A DNA stretch of 64,000 bases, from assembly GCA_964016885.1 (NCBI GenBank), contig OZ024740.1, positions 165,974,001 to 166,038,000 on the forward strand, written 5' to 3'. Position 1 is the first letter of the stretch. Every line of letters starts with the position of its first letter. This DNA is from Eledone cirrhosa (Eukaryota). Below the pieces are notes generated by a model, which made no database searches, had not been told where the DNA came from, and saw only the letters and a list, made by a program, of their open reading frames with translations. This document shows positions 29,511 to 43,949 of this stretch, in pieces. Made by a program: the position numbers and the translations under genes.

Positions 29511-30279
29511 CAAATGAAATAGTAAAAAATGAGATCCCCAACTGTTTTTGCTATATATTTGGTTCTATGCGTACCAGAAACCGTATTATTTACCTGATTG
29601 TGCTATGGAAAAATAAGTAACACAAAAGTAATTAGTTGAGGGTGAACCGTAATTGAAAAATTAACCGAGAAAATGGTGGTGGGGATTATCTGTATATTTG
29701 TATGAAGCTAATTTGCTCTAAGCTCTCTACAGTTACACGTACATATATGCAAACAAAGCGTTTGCCATACACTTAAGTTTCTGTTGTTACTGTTTGAAGG
29801 CAGGTCAGCTCTGGCCGAGCAGATATATGATCAAGGGAATTCTAGATAAATTAATCTCAGAAAGGTTCGTCGTTTTTTAAAAACAATATTGTGTGATTTC
29901 AGTGAGAATTGGTTACTATTTCTAGCAGGTATACTGATATCATAAGAGGCCCCGCATTAACTTGTTTGTTATATATATCATACCATTGTAAGTCATATAT
30001 ATCATACCATTCACATGTAACGTATTTGGTTTTATCTTGCTGTCGTCGACATCTAAGTGTAACTGAAAAAAAGTTTCTTTAGCAAGAGATAATTAAGGTG
30101 GTCTTTCTAAATAGGAAGTCAGTTTTGCTACATCCCATCTAGATTTTGATCTACAAGATACCCCCTCTCTACCAAATTTAAAGAAACGTAATATAGCATG
30201 CAGTACGTCAAGTGTTCTTGTTTGCCTTTTAAGAATGCCTTTGATTGTTCTTTTTTTTGTGACAACTTTAAATGAGAGA

Positions 30280-31023
30280 GCTTAAAAGTAGATATAACAC
30301 ATGTCATTTCGTTTCATAGTCCAAGGAACCAAATCAACATCTCACAGCCACCGAAAGAACAGGTTTATTAAACTTTTCGACACATATGAGGAACTTGGTT
30401 TGGTTTATTGGAAGAAATTTACTGGGTTGGCGATTCATTGAACAAAGAGCTTATGATGCTGTTTCAAAGAAAGTTGAAAACCTTTTAGGGAAGAACCGTA
30501 GCCCGAATTACAAGGCATTCATAGCTAACTTTCTGGAATTATCCGATGCATAGGGTATAAAAATGTCCTTGAAGTGTTTCACATTTTAAAGAGTGTTCTA
30601 AGTGTATATTGTTATCTTAACCGTGATTAATTGTAGTTTAATACATTAATAAGTTACATGCACTGTTTACAAGTTTAGGCACATTTTCTGTAAATGTTGT
30701 ATATCTTGTAGATCAAAATGTAGACGTGAGTAAAATGGATTTCATATTCATAAATATCCCCATAACATTAACTAGTAGAACCTAAAATAATTGTTTCTAC
30801 TTTTGGCACAAGGCCAGCAATTATCCCTGTGTATTACTGGTACTTTATTTTATCGACCCCGTAAGGATGAAATGCAAAGTTAACCTCGGCGGGATTTGAA
30901 CTCAGTCCGTAAAGGGACGTAACTGTGCTGCAAAGCATGGCGTCCGACCCACTACCGAGGGTCGGATGCAATGCTTTGTATCATCTAAAATAATGTTTGC
31001 TATAAATTTAGTGTCATGCAGTG
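30280..31023 (+). mobile_element. Chapaev3/CMC-like DNA transposon remnant
   Basis: Fragments SKEPNQHLT and EQRAYDAVSKKVENLLGKNRSPNYKAFIANFLEL..GIKMSLK resemble Chapaev3 transposase motifs (from memory). Ends ...gcagtg; interrupted by a SINE. Confidence 0.55.
30788..30960 (-). mobile_element. Family A SINE (inside a DNA-transposon remnant)
   Basis: Near-identical to the array copies. Confidence 0.85.
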
Positions 31024-33084
31024 TAATTAGTCGAAAAATTAATGTAATAAATTGAATTCAAGATTGTAAAATGTTATATATTTGAGCTCCCTTATACATA
31101 TACAACGACGTATTTAGATACTTTAAAAGTGTTGGTACAATCTAGTGGTGAATTGCTCTGATTTAGACTTCGTCAGCGAAGAATAAACTGAAATCAGTTA
31201 ACTTTCAGAAACTTTATTTCGATTGCGGAGTACAATGTCATGTTTTTGTGGTCGCGGTAGCAGCCGCAGTAGTAATTGTAGATTTCTTGTTGTTGATGTA
31301 GTTGCTCTTGTTGTATGAGCGTCGAATCACACCACGTGTTTCAGGCGCAACATTCCTGTTTAGTTGTTTATCTCTAATTACATTTTACATTGTAACTTTC
31401 TCTTTTTCAAGATGGTAGGTCGTGTAACCTGAAGAAGATTCGGCTTCTATATCTAGCACACTGAGCAACTTTGTGAAACATTGGAAGATTTATATTATGT
31501 TTTATTAACTTACACAAAAGTAATCTAGTGATATTTTCTTACAGATAATAACACCGATTAAATTAATTGTATTAAGCAATTCATAGACTGCTTACTATGA
31601 CATCTAACCTCAACCTTAATGCATATTGTAAACTTAAACCTTGTCTTAATTATACAACCCATAAGATGTCCATCGCATCATTTGCTCGCTATATTTCATA
31701 CCTACAGCATGAACAACCAATTATCATTTTACAATACCTTCTCTCTTCTTCATTCTCTCACCACATTCTTTCTCAATCTGTACATATATATATGTATATA
31801 TATATGTATATATGTGTGTCTGTGTGTGTGTATACATACATATGTACTTATGCTATAATCATATATATGCATATACGCACATATACTCACTCACGTTTCT
31901 GCGTATCAACATATATTTATATGTGTATGTAGAAATATGTGTATGAATGTATGCGCTTTTAGGAATATTATATATGTTCGTAAAACCAACGTTGGATTCC
32001 TCTAGCGAACAGCAGCTAAATATGTAGTCCCTTTTAATTAAGTTATCTTTTTAGGTCGAGATGTAGATTACAAGTTTAAAAAATAAGTGAATATGAAAGG
32101 AAAGGGATACAAATGCAAAGACTGCATAAAGAAAAAAATGTGATGTTTTCAATAAAAACGAATAAATAAATAGAATAAAATAAATAATGAAAGGAAGAGA
32201 GTTAGCGATAAAGTTAAATTTTCTTATGTTATGAGGCGGGGTCTAATTGGGATAAAATACGAATTGTGTAAGTAAAGTGTATAAAAAGGCCTTTTGTGAA
32301 CATATACTAGTCTTACTATTGTTAATATTGTTGTTACTTTCTTTGAGTAGAGGTCTGATAGGGAAGGTCTATGCTAAGCCGTTCCAGTTATGACCACTTT
32401 TATTCAAGCAGTATTACCATGAACGCAGTATATCCAACTGGTTAAGAAGTTTGCCCTACACGCATGAGGCTGTGGAGGTTTGTTATTATACCTGCATACC
32501 ATTTTGGGCAAGTATTTTTTTTTACCATAGCCACGTATCACCCCAAAACGTATACGAGAATTAGGTCGATGGCAACTATTCAGCATTTCCTTGGATGAAC
32601 TGTACGTGGAATTCAAAGTTCCCGTCTTGTCATAGATTCCCTCACGCGAATTCGTCCTCAGAATTATGTTATGGATAAATATGGAATACTCAGAAACGTT
32701 CAGGCTACTTTAACGAGTCATAACGTTCAGTTGATCGAAAAACAGAATGTTCCCCATCAAGACCAGTGAAGAATGAATCAAAAGTATTAGCAACGTAAAT
32801 AGAGCGAGACAATTGCAACTACGAATGGAAACTAGGTCAGCGAATCGTTTCATTGGGAGCATGATGTTTTACAGTCACTATTTACATTACCAACATTTCC
32901 AGATTCTAAAGTGCTCAAAATGGTATGACTTTTGATAATACGAGATTTACTTATGTCTAGACTTAAAATGGTTTCTCGAATGTTCACGGCAAGATTTTGG
33001 TTATATAGTTTTTCTCCATATACTTCGTGTTAGTTTGACTGTTTGTTAATGCATGTATGTGCCTGTGTGTTCCAGCGTGTACGT

Positions 33085-33240
33085 GGTAAGGCCGAATGGT
33101 AAATAATTTTGCTTCGTAATATGTAGGTCCTGAGTTCGATCCCACTGCGTAGCATCTTCGGCAAGTATCATTTACCATAGCTTCGAGTCGTCCCATTCAT
33201 TGTGAGTGAAATAGGGGTGACGGAAACATTGTTAAAGCCC
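33085..33240 (+). mobile_element. tRNA-derived CORE-type SINE (third family), diverged
   Basis: aggccgaatggt...gagttcgatcccactgcgtagcatcttcggcaagtatcatttaccatagc...gacggaaac. Confidence 0.65.
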
Positions 33241-33459
33241 TACAGCTAGACTCAACCAGTAATTCAAGGAGTCAGCGATGTTCCACAATGTCTCACTTAC
33301 TTCCCCTGTTTAATACGTTAATGTCATACGTGTCTGCAGAATGCTTGGTGACCTACATGTTAATTTCATGAGTAGGTTGTTTTCGTTGATCAAATAACTG
33401 GAACACTCATTGTCCAAAACGATGGAGGTTCCTTCATGTGTATGTATGTATGTGTTGTG

Positions 33460-33490
<31 letters not shown>

Positions 33491-34260
33491 AGCAAATTCC
33501 ACTTTTGGGGATTAAGGGAGAAAACTTGCATCAACACTGAGAGCGTGTTGTATTTTTATTCAAAGGAGTAATGTAAAGCTAGAACTACCACGAAATAACT
33601 TCTGATGGAACTTCAACTGTTTGACTTATTAACAACCAAGTAGAGAGAGAGAGAGAGAGGGGGGGGGTGGCAGCAACAGAAATTGAAGAGGTTGCAAATG
33701 TGGAAACGGTCCTAAATGGAAATCTATAAGTATTACCGAATCCGTTCATGAATAGATGAAGGAATGGAACAGAGATAGACTACGTATATAATGTATACAC
33801 ACTTAAGCTCTGATTTTGTTTTATTAGTGAAAGAAGTGTTCACAATATTCCACTAAACATGGATTTTTAAATTTAGAAAGACAAAATAACATAAATTTAA
33901 GCCGCATGTTAAAGAAATAAATAGGAAAAATAGAAAATATAGCCTTTTCTTGAGGGAGAATTTTTAACATAGACCACATTCAAAATATAGTTCGTGTCTG
34001 ATGTCGCTTAAGTGCACGGTATATCATCGAACATTCACATCCTCATGTTTACCAACTGTTATGTAATATTTCCTGGCAAACAACTCACTCTCAACTGTAG
34101 TTCTCTTCTAATGGAAAAGCAGTCTGTTTCCTGTACACAACACGAATATACGAACACATATTCGGATATATACATACACGTATATATATATAGCGGCGAT
34201 GAATTAGTTATATATGTATATGTATGTATATATATGTGTGTATATATATATATGTATGTG

Positions 34261-34294
<34 letters not shown>

Positions 34295-34301
34295 TATAGA
34301 T

Positions 34302-34333
<32 letters not shown>

Positions 34334-34386
34334 GTGTGTATGTATGTACGTATATACATACACATACATACTCACATACACATACT

Positions 34387-34432
<46 letters not shown>

Positions 34433-34786
34433 CTTAAAACATAGAAATCTGTACGATGGGTGCAAGGTTACTAACATTGCATATTGTATTCTGAAAAGAG
34501 TTACCGATGCAATAATAGCCAATATGTTGCACTTTAATTATGTCTGACTGGCAACTGTCTGATAAACAACAGTACACCAACAGGAATGCAGGTCTAATAA
34601 TATCCATCTGGAGAAGATATGATACATAAGCTATCTAATTTCGAGCCAAATGACAAAATATCGGTGACGTTTCACATCACATGACGCATCGTCACTTTTC
34701 CTTTTGCTTCATCAAAACGTGTCTCCCTCTCCCTCTCTCTCCCTATACCCCCCCCCCACACACACACACACAAACACACACACACG

Positions 34787-34854
<68 letters not shown>

Positions 34855-34859
34855 TGTAT

Positions 34860-35068
34860 GGGAGAGATGACCCTTAGCCTTTGTCAAGGCAGAATTCTAG
34901 GAGAAGGAAAACTCTGATATAACACCTGCAACCCTGATGGTATCCAATGATGTTGACTTGTTGTTTTTGGTAAATATCATCTTGGTTAAGAGAGTGGGAC
35001 TGGCTTTGTGCAGTGCTTTTGCTCACTATAAAAGCTTCAGGGCACAGGCATTGCTTTATATCTGGAGA
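34860..35068 (+). mobile_element. Family B short retroposon fragment
   Basis: High identity to 45433-45640; preceded by (ATGT)n. Confidence 0.75.
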
Positions 35069-35112
35069 TGTATCTACCTAACTTGTTTATCACACAAACC
35101 CACACACAGACG

Positions 35113-35161
<49 letters not shown>

Positions 35162-36844
35162 CTGTTTCTGACATATCGACCGTTATCGACGTAATGCACC
35201 CTTCTACCTCACTTTTTGCTGGAACTCAATATAGGCGAAAACATATAGTTTTGTGGCTTATGTATATGCGATGATTAACCTCATTTGCATACGAAGATGT
35301 AATCTGGCTGGACTTGAACAAGGAATAGAATTAAGTTGTTTCGCTCAAGCATAGCTGTATAAATATAGGTATGTAAGTTTTGTATATTGAATAATATACG
35401 ATATGTTTACGAATTAACTTTGAAAGCCTTTAGCTATACATTTTAAATATATATATGAGCATGTCTGTGTGTGTGTGTGTGTGTATGTGTGTGTGTGTGT
35501 GTCTGTGTGTGTCTGTGTGTGTCTGTGTGTGTCTGTGTGTGTGTGTGTGTGCGTGTGAGTGTGCATTTGAGAGTACATAGTCACATATGTAATCCGATAA
35601 TCTGTATGTTAATGTTTTCATTTCACTCGATCTATATTAGACCCCAATCTTTAAATATGAATTCCAATATGAAACTATACCCTCTTTCTCCCTTGCGCAC
35701 GCTTCTATCTGTATTTTTGTCTCACTGTCTCTCTTCTCTTTCACTTTTCTCTCTCTTTGCTACTCTTCATCCCTTTATCACCCCATATACACCATACATA
35801 TGCATCTACATACCGCTACTTCATCTATTCCGTCTAATAATAGGTATCTCTATTCCAAACTAATCACTCATCTCATGCCTTGGTGCGTAATGGTGACATT
35901 GATGGAGTGAAATATTTGCAAAAGTCATATGACCACATCTGATTAAACAAGAGGAGAAAAAGAAGACAATCAACAGCAAGAATACTAGCAAAATCTTATC
36001 AAAAACAACGCTACACACCTTTTATTGTAGAGTCGACATCAATTTATCTTCTACATCCCGAGCAACAATTCTCTCCCCTTTTCTCACCCAATCGCCTGCT
36101 GACCTACTCCACGCCAACTGCTTTGGGCCATAGATGGAAGGTTGTTCCAATACATTTACTATGTCAGAGTTTAGGAATCTTTCGCTTTTTCAGTCTGTGT
36201 CAATTTGAGACTATTTACTTAGATAGGTTTTCATGTTCACTACTGATCTCTTTGCTCTTTTTGACAAATTCATTTGACTGCACTAACGACAACAACAACA
36301 ACAACCGTAAAGGCAACAATTATAAATACATTATGAACAACACTTGCTACCGCTAAAATATCTCCATATTTTATCATTAATACTAATTCCCACTAGATAT
36401 GTTGGGAATATTTTCGAGTAGAATTATAGATAAGGAAGCGATAGGTGGAGAAAAATTCTTGCTGGGATTTAATGTGGGAACGGGAGCGTGTGGGGAGGGA
36501 TAAATAAAGACAATGAGAGAAAGAATGAAATAGAGTAAAGAAACAAAACGAAAGAGAAATAGGAAAGTGCGAAAATATTTGAGTTGTTACTTCGAGAGAA
36601 GGGTTAAAATGATTAGTGATGACAAAGGTGCATAACACGTGTCCCTGAATGTGTGTTTTTATGTATGAGTATGCATAAATAGGAATCGCCTAGAGTGGTG
36701 TAATGTAGAGACAAGAAGTGGAAGAAAAAAACAGGTCGAAAGCCGGATATAAAGTCAGTGGGGAGCGACTTGGAATGGAATATAAAAAGAATTGGCATAG
36801 TGTTAGAAAGAAAATTAAGGAGAAAAAAGTGCTTGATTCGGATA

Positions 36845-36912
<68 letters not shown>

Positions 36913-37759
36913 GTACATATATATATATGTATATATGTATATATAATATGAAGGCATCTTAAGCAAGTGCCATTTACCATAGCTACAGTTTGTCCTACGT
37001 ATTTTGAATAAAATAGGATGATCCATCGCATATATAATGTGTGTATTTGCAATCATGCACAATCCCTCGTATTATAGTGTAAATATATCTGTGAAAATAT
37101 AACTCTCCAACTATTTTATCTACACACGTACACACATATAAATGTATAAATACCACAATGTATATAGTTTCGTTCTATAATGTATATATGTATTGTGTTA
37201 TAAAATGTTGGCTAACTGAGTGTTGTGTTTGCAATACTCCAATCAAGAAATAATTATGTATGTTAGCGCGGACCAAATTTTGGACTAGGATAGAGAGAGC
37301 TAAGAAGATAGATAAAGTCAAATCCTGTCAATGCTACACACAAAGGTGGATTACCATACATATTTAAACGTGCTTTAGATAGATGAAAATTAAATATTAC
37401 GATAGTAGATAAACCAGCTATTTCAGTAAAATCCCCGATCAACAAAGTACCCTTTAAGAATACCTCTGCACTGATAAAAAAATTAATAGTCCGCAGATTA
37501 AGACCACAAATTAACTGTAAAATTACGAAAGTAGTGTATAGCATAAGATGCATGGAGCGACAGCATATGAATAGGAATACACTATATGTAAATGAGACGG
37601 TACAGTGATCACTTTCTAGTGTTTCAAAGACCCCTCCTTAATCTCTTTAGATAAGATAATTAGCAGGTTCTCACCCACACCGCATATATCCCATATATAC
37701 AGTTTTTAAATAGGTATAAACATTATGGAGATAACTCTTAGACAGTTTGTGTTCACTCC

Positions 37760-38770
37760 CAGTTCAAGTGCCCAGAGAAGTTTCGTATGATCTGCTACAT
37801 CAAAGCCATTTGGAAGTCAATGAATTCAATAATGTGTTCTACTTTCTATTTCTCTAGGGTGTTATTAACCTTCACTGCTTCAATCATCCTGCGGTTGAGC
37901 ATGAATATTGAAGTCCATTGATACCTTCTTTTAATAAATCTGCAATATTAGTTTGAAAACATTTATACATATTTTCCGACGTATAGAGGTGTTAAAGTTA
38001 TTCTACTGTGTTCACATCTCGTGGTAAATGGCTTTCTAGGTATCGCAATCATCTCGCTTGTAATAAAATCTTCTTCAAGTGTCAAACACTTTTTCGCAAT
38101 ATTCAGTTATACTTCACTGTAGTTGTGCCCTTACCACTCTTATAAATTCTATTGGGATTTTATCTAGTCCAACATTTTATTATTATGATTATTATTCGTT
38201 TGAGACAACGCCGTTCGACATTCTTCTTCCAATATACTATTAGTATCAAGATTCTCGTCATCCCATAACCCATCATGCTCCGATATTCATTTTCTCCGTA
38301 AGTATTCTATCATCTCCATCCATTATATTCTTCCTATCAGAATGTCATTTACGATTCTGCAGAGCTTTAATTCTCAAATGCATTGCGTCGTTCCTTTACG
38401 CCACTGCCTCAATCCTCGTACACTTCTCTTCGATGCAACATTTTTTTCTGTAACCTCCTGTGGATATCTTTATACTGTACTGTGCTAACCTTCTTCAATC
38501 AAATCTAAAGTACGGTTACTCAACATCGTCTATTTCCGCCATGCCAAGCATATGCTTCGAAATATCGAATAAGGTAGTCTTAAAATGATCCCATAACAAC
38601 CTCACATTGATTCGCACTTATACAAGAACTTAATATTGCACGTTCACATCTCCGTATTTAAGTACTTTCAAATTTAGCTCTTTGGAACGTTAACCATTGC
38701 AGTGCCCATATAGTGTCACTCGATAATTATCGACAATCATATTGTAAATAATCATACCATTTTTCACTAT
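37760..38770 (-). pseudogene. Degraded RTE-clade LINE RT fragment
   Basis: Broken frames give SILEEECRTAL..NVGLDKIPIEFI..EDFITSEMIAIPRKPFTTRCEHSRITL..EFIDFQMA..DHTKLL, matching RTE RT domains 0-3. Confidence 0.6.
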
Positions 38771-39006
38771 AAATTTCCTCAAACGGTAATATCAAATAAA
38801 GAATGTTTCTTGGAATATTTAGATATTTTATCTGTATAGAAGTTGTTTATAAATTACATTAAACATTAAAAAAGTGTTGTCATTCGTGTGATTATATATT
38901 TATAGAATATGTATTTTCTTTGTTTTCTCCATCTCTTTTCATCCTCCATTTCTTTGCCATTATCATCATCAACGGCGTTATTATCACATTTTTCTTCTTC
39001 TTTCAG

Positions 39007-39154
39007 AACCTGGAGTTCCACATTTGTCAGAGGAGAAATTCTTGGACTATGTACTTGTCCAAAGAAACCAACCAGCGCGTCTTGATTGCTTGATTGTTGG
39101 AGCGACACGAATTGAATGGTTTTCTAACTATGAAAAAATTATTAACAGTTCCAG
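39007..39154 (+). CDS. PTK7: Next internal coding exon: N-terminal half of the following Ig domain (PTK7/off-track-like)
   Basis: Polypyrimidine tract plus tttcAG| at 39006, donor AG|GTACGG at 39155. Starts phase 1, matching the previous exon (G+AA=Glu). Translates EPGVPHLSEEKFLDYVLVQRNQPARLDCLIVGATRIEWFSNYEKIINSS(R) with Ig B-strand Cys and C-strand Trp. Implies a 34.3 kb intron (4674-39006). Confidence 0.75.
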
Positions 39155-39399
39155 GTACGGTTATATATTTTTTGCACAATCAATTGTCTGTACCTCTAAT
39201 CTGATATTGCTCATAATATATGTTTCCTTTCTATCAATTGTAATGTATTGAACCAGGAAACATAAATATAGTAATTAGTTGCTGAAAATAAATATTCATT
39301 AAAACAGTCGGATCTCTAACATACCCAATTTTGTTTTAACATCAATTCGACCTTGCAGCCATTACATTCAATGCTTGCCTATAAGTAAATATACTTACG

Positions 39400-39520
39400 A
39401 GGCGGCGAATTGGGAGAGTCATTAGAACGTCAGATATAATGTTTTGCATCTCTTAGTTCAAATCCCGCCGATATCAACTTTGCCTTTCATCCATTTGAGG
39501 TCGATAAAATAAGTACCAGT
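39400..39520 (+). mobile_element. Family A SINE (partial)
   Basis: gttcaaatcccgccgatatcaactttgcctttcatccatttgaggtcgataaaataagtaccag. Confidence 0.8.
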
Positions 39521-39902
39521 TTAGTAGCTGTGTTCATTGTTCCTCTATGCTTCCTTCTCACACCCATTCTCTCGCTCTCTATACATCGTTGGAAGAAATC
39601 TGCTATATTCAGGCCTGGAGACGAGATAGACACCCCCAGGTTTAATAATGCCCTGTTAACGCCGTATGTCAATATAGCGCCCGTACGACGCAATCAGAAG
39701 TTACGGGACTATGCATGCTTATATAATTATACATGCATACATGTATATACAAATACATGCATATATATATGTCAGATATGAGGGAACCTAAATAAGGAAA
39801 GGACCAGGTATGAATGGTTCAGAAGCGTCTGGTCATCATGACATCTTCAACAAAAGAAAAAGTCAGCAGCCATTTCGCTCAGCTTTATGAACATTAAAAT
39901 AA

Positions 39903-40122
39903 CGGTTTCTTATATAGGCACAAGGCCATCTATTTTTGGGGAGGGGAAAGTCGATTAAATCGACCCCAGTGCAAGACTGGTGGTACTTTATTTTATCGCC
40001 CCGTAAGGATGAAAGGCAAAGTTAACCTCGGCGGGATTTGAACCTATATCATAAAAAGCCGTAACTCTATGCTGCAAAGCATGGCGTCTGACCCTCTACT
40101 GATACTGCCAATCCACCACCCA
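39903..40122 (-). mobile_element. Family A SINE
   Basis: Full-length reverse-complement copy. Confidence 0.85.
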
Positions 40123-40249
40123 ACATTAAAATAACAACAGCAATAGCATTAGGATAATCACTGATATACACAGAGTACAGAGGGGTTAAACCCTACTAAA
40201 AGCTTAACATGGACTTCTGGCAAGTTCATAACGTCTTACCAATTACCTA

Positions 40250-40720
40250 TTGCCCATAGGTGGGAAGCAATCAGTTGATAATAAATGTAGGCTGTGTAAA
40301 ACAATGACCGAAGATGTTAGCAATGCTATTGTCAACTGTGAAAGAATGTCTTCTGGTTACCACTTTCCTGTGAGATATGAACAATCTAAAATGCACAACA
40401 CGATAAAAATAACAACAAATAGGAAGGAATAGGTTTAGATAGATTGGTCAAAGAAATATTGGTGGAACCTAAAAATAAAAACCACCAACAAATTAAAATA
40501 CAACCGACCTGACATTCTTATTTGACATATTCAAAACATGCTTTGTTTTAAAAGTCAGCTGCCCACTCAATGTTAATGTAGTATGAAAACTATAAGAGAA
40601 AGCGGATTGCTTTGAACCTGTGGTGATACGTTTCCAGATCTGGTACCAGAGATACATGTTCAGTTTCATACATATGATTGTTGGAGCTACAGATATCTTA
40701 TATACACGTTTGAATTTGTG
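40250..40720 (+). pseudogene. Degraded R4/Dong-like (restriction-like endonuclease) non-LTR fragment
   Basis: KCRLCKTMTEDVSNAIVNCERMS zinc-knuckle remnant, then KYWWNLKIKTTNKLKYNRPDILI..VSCPLNVN..EK..MIVGA (PD-(D/E)xK RLE motif) with stops. Confidence 0.75.
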
Positions 40721-43700
40721 GAGAAAATACAGAGTTCCTTAATTCATAAGTTACATATGGCCACAAGAATAATTTTGATCAATACACAAAATATCAATCC
40801 TATTGTCTGGCAATCGCTCGATGACAAATCAGTTGCGAAGAAAACAGATCAGATCGTAGACATCAGTTAAAATTACCTTCACAAAATATTTCCAAGACCA
40901 TACGCAGATATATAGATAGATATATAGGCGCGAGAAAAACGGGATAGTAAGCAATGCACTTATATGAAGATGATAAATACTTTCATACATATACATATAT
41001 ATATTGTGTGTATGAATAGTAAATAATATAATGGAAACCATTTTTGTGAGGCACATTTTACTATGATTAATTTTATATAGCACTGTAGAAGGGCAGTGAT
41101 TCAAAATTAGCAAATTGCAGATTGATAATCATCTAGTTTTCAAAATCTGTGACTTTACTGTTTGGTTTGTACAGAACTATCTTTCATTTTGTTAACGAAA
41201 GAACTAAATCTCCGCTAGAATGTTTCTTTGTTTTGGCCATTGAGAATTTACACATCAGATACGAATATAATGTTTTCTGCCCATGAAAAGGACTTTCATC
41301 ATTCATAAATATGAGATAGGTTACAATTATGTGTAGACAACATATAATGAGTGAATAGCCACAGAATAGCATAGTAAAGACGTCATTATGACCGAGTGGG
41401 TAGTGATGAAGTATGACGCCTGGCATGTATTGTTTTATTTTAGATTAAGATATATAGTGATAATTAACACGTATAAATGATTGAAACTAGGCCACACGTG
41501 TACGGTATAATCTAGCTGTCGGTCACTATGTGGTTGTTGGAGTTACATTTTGTTATCAATATTACAACAGCATTGATAAGATGAAGTATGTTTTAAAAAT
41601 GAAATATCAAAGTATTACATCAAAACGAACATTAATATAAAACATTATTTAGTTTAAAGCATGACTCAGAATTTTAATAAATGTTTGAATACTTGCGAGG
41701 TTTTATTAACTAATATAGCCCCTATTTCTATAATATACTAATTCTTTCGTTGGATAAAGAACACGAACACGGAAAACATTTCTGTTCATTAGCATTTAGC
41801 ATACCACATTAACAATGTCAGCATTCGCTTAATTTTATAATTATCTCATTAATCTTCAAAACAAAATGCGCATTTAATTAACACCACTTTAATGTTTCAT
41901 CTTACTTCCAATTATCTCCATTAACATAGTTTAATTATCGACGTTATAGGTTCAGTCGATAAATGCATGCTCATTATTCTTCTAAGACAAGGAACTAAAT
42001 GGGCTTAAGGATAATTTTGAATGAATTAAAAAATATATGAAAGGAAAAGAGTCGTGAAATGCAATAACTTGGTATAAATAATTGTTAATATATATGATCC
42101 ATTCAAACTTTAGAAATAAAATTAATACTTAAATTAGTGTATTATTTAAATCCGATCTATGAAAAGAAAAAGGAAAGCTAGTAGGATAAACATTTAGGCG
42201 AATCCTTTGCTTCGAAAACAGGTAGAAGAAATGAATTGACTCAATTGATTACATTTTAGCAGAGAATAAGGGGAGACTTTCAATCAAGAACCAAATTTCA
42301 ATGTTAATTTATTTATTATTAACACTGTTTTCAGAAAGACAAATGTAGTTTAGCCAAGCAAGGGTGTTTAGTTGAATCCAGACTCTAGCGAACAGATGTA
42401 ATAGATTGAACAGTATTTATTGAGTTTACATATGTTTGTGCTGTTTTTCCAAATTGATAAGACATATCGTCGGGTAGAATTAAACACAGCAGAGTTGCAT
42501 AACTATTACTGTAAAGGTTTAGGTTTCTGTCAGAAAACATTTTGGGAAAATCAGAATATATGACCTATTTCTTGAAAACATTTAAACCCGCTGTACAAAT
42601 AAGAAATGTGTAGAGTAAGTCAACAAATAAATTGTAGAACTAGAAATGTAGTCTATAGCATCAGATATACAGAGGGTGCCTACAGGAACATGGCAACGCT
42701 GTACATAGGAACATACATACATACATAGGAGAGAGAGGGAGCATAGGGGAGAGGATAGATGAACACTGGAGTAAACTAAAAACAATTCAGTACTATATGA
42801 ACTTGCCAGACTAATACAGTATAATAAAATAGACAGCCTGAATTTAAACTAAAATCTAAACATAAGAATGCCTCGACATTTAGACAAATTAGGGAGGCTA
42901 CAGAAATAGAGTTAAGAAAACCTGTGCTGAACAAACGACATGAGTGGAAGAGAAACAGCTATATACTGAAGCGAAAACCAAACAGTCTGTGTTTCATTAT
43001 TTTCGGCAATATTAGTACAAAATGACCATCACCAAATAAAGGTTTTAACACCATTTCATTGAAAGTTTATGTAAATAATACGGAAACATATCATTCATGG
43101 TAACATCAAAGGTTTGAGTATTTAGGGGAACTCTTAATCTCTTTAACTTTATATTTATATTCATATTACGAAATTTCATTTTGAAAAAAGAGCTTAAAAA
43201 GGAAATTTTATTTATAAATCTTGTTTTCTAAATAACGTTGCTAAAACTAAGTTTCTAGTGCACCAAAAAGCCTTTTTGGCGGTAGATGAGCACAACTAGC
43301 TCACATGTTCATACATGCAAAAATACCTACAGGCACGCTTACGCATATAAGCAACGTAATATTTGTCTCAGGAATTTTATTATCTATCATAAAATATAAT
43401 TTTCAACAGAGTGCTATTTTTATACATTGTTGATTCAACTCGCCAGAAAAATCGTTCACCTAAATTCTAAAGAGAAATATTGTATTCACTTGATTCGGTA
43501 AATTGATGCTAATGTATACATCTTCAGCATCATCTGCTAATGCTTCCTTGTTAACACCTGCAACATTACAGATACAATCTTTGCCTAGAAGATTCCAGTA
43601 GATTAACTTTGTAATCAATAAAAAACATCTTTCTTCGATGCCGAGCCTAATGCAAATACCTGACCCTTGGTGTTTTTAGTAGAGTTCATTCTGTCGGAAA

Positions 43701-43761
43701 CATTTAACATATTTATCTATACCCCCCCCCTTTCTTTCTCTCTCTCTCTCTCTCTCTCACT

Positions 43762-43808
<47 letters not shown>

Positions 43809-43907
43809 TATAACGAAGGAAATGTGGTAAGGAACCAGATGGACCATAACGCGTCCAGAATTCGCCGTCGAAACGGCTTGAGCTCAGCCTTCGGGGTCCT
43901 ACTCGTT

Positions 43908-43949
<42 letters not shown>

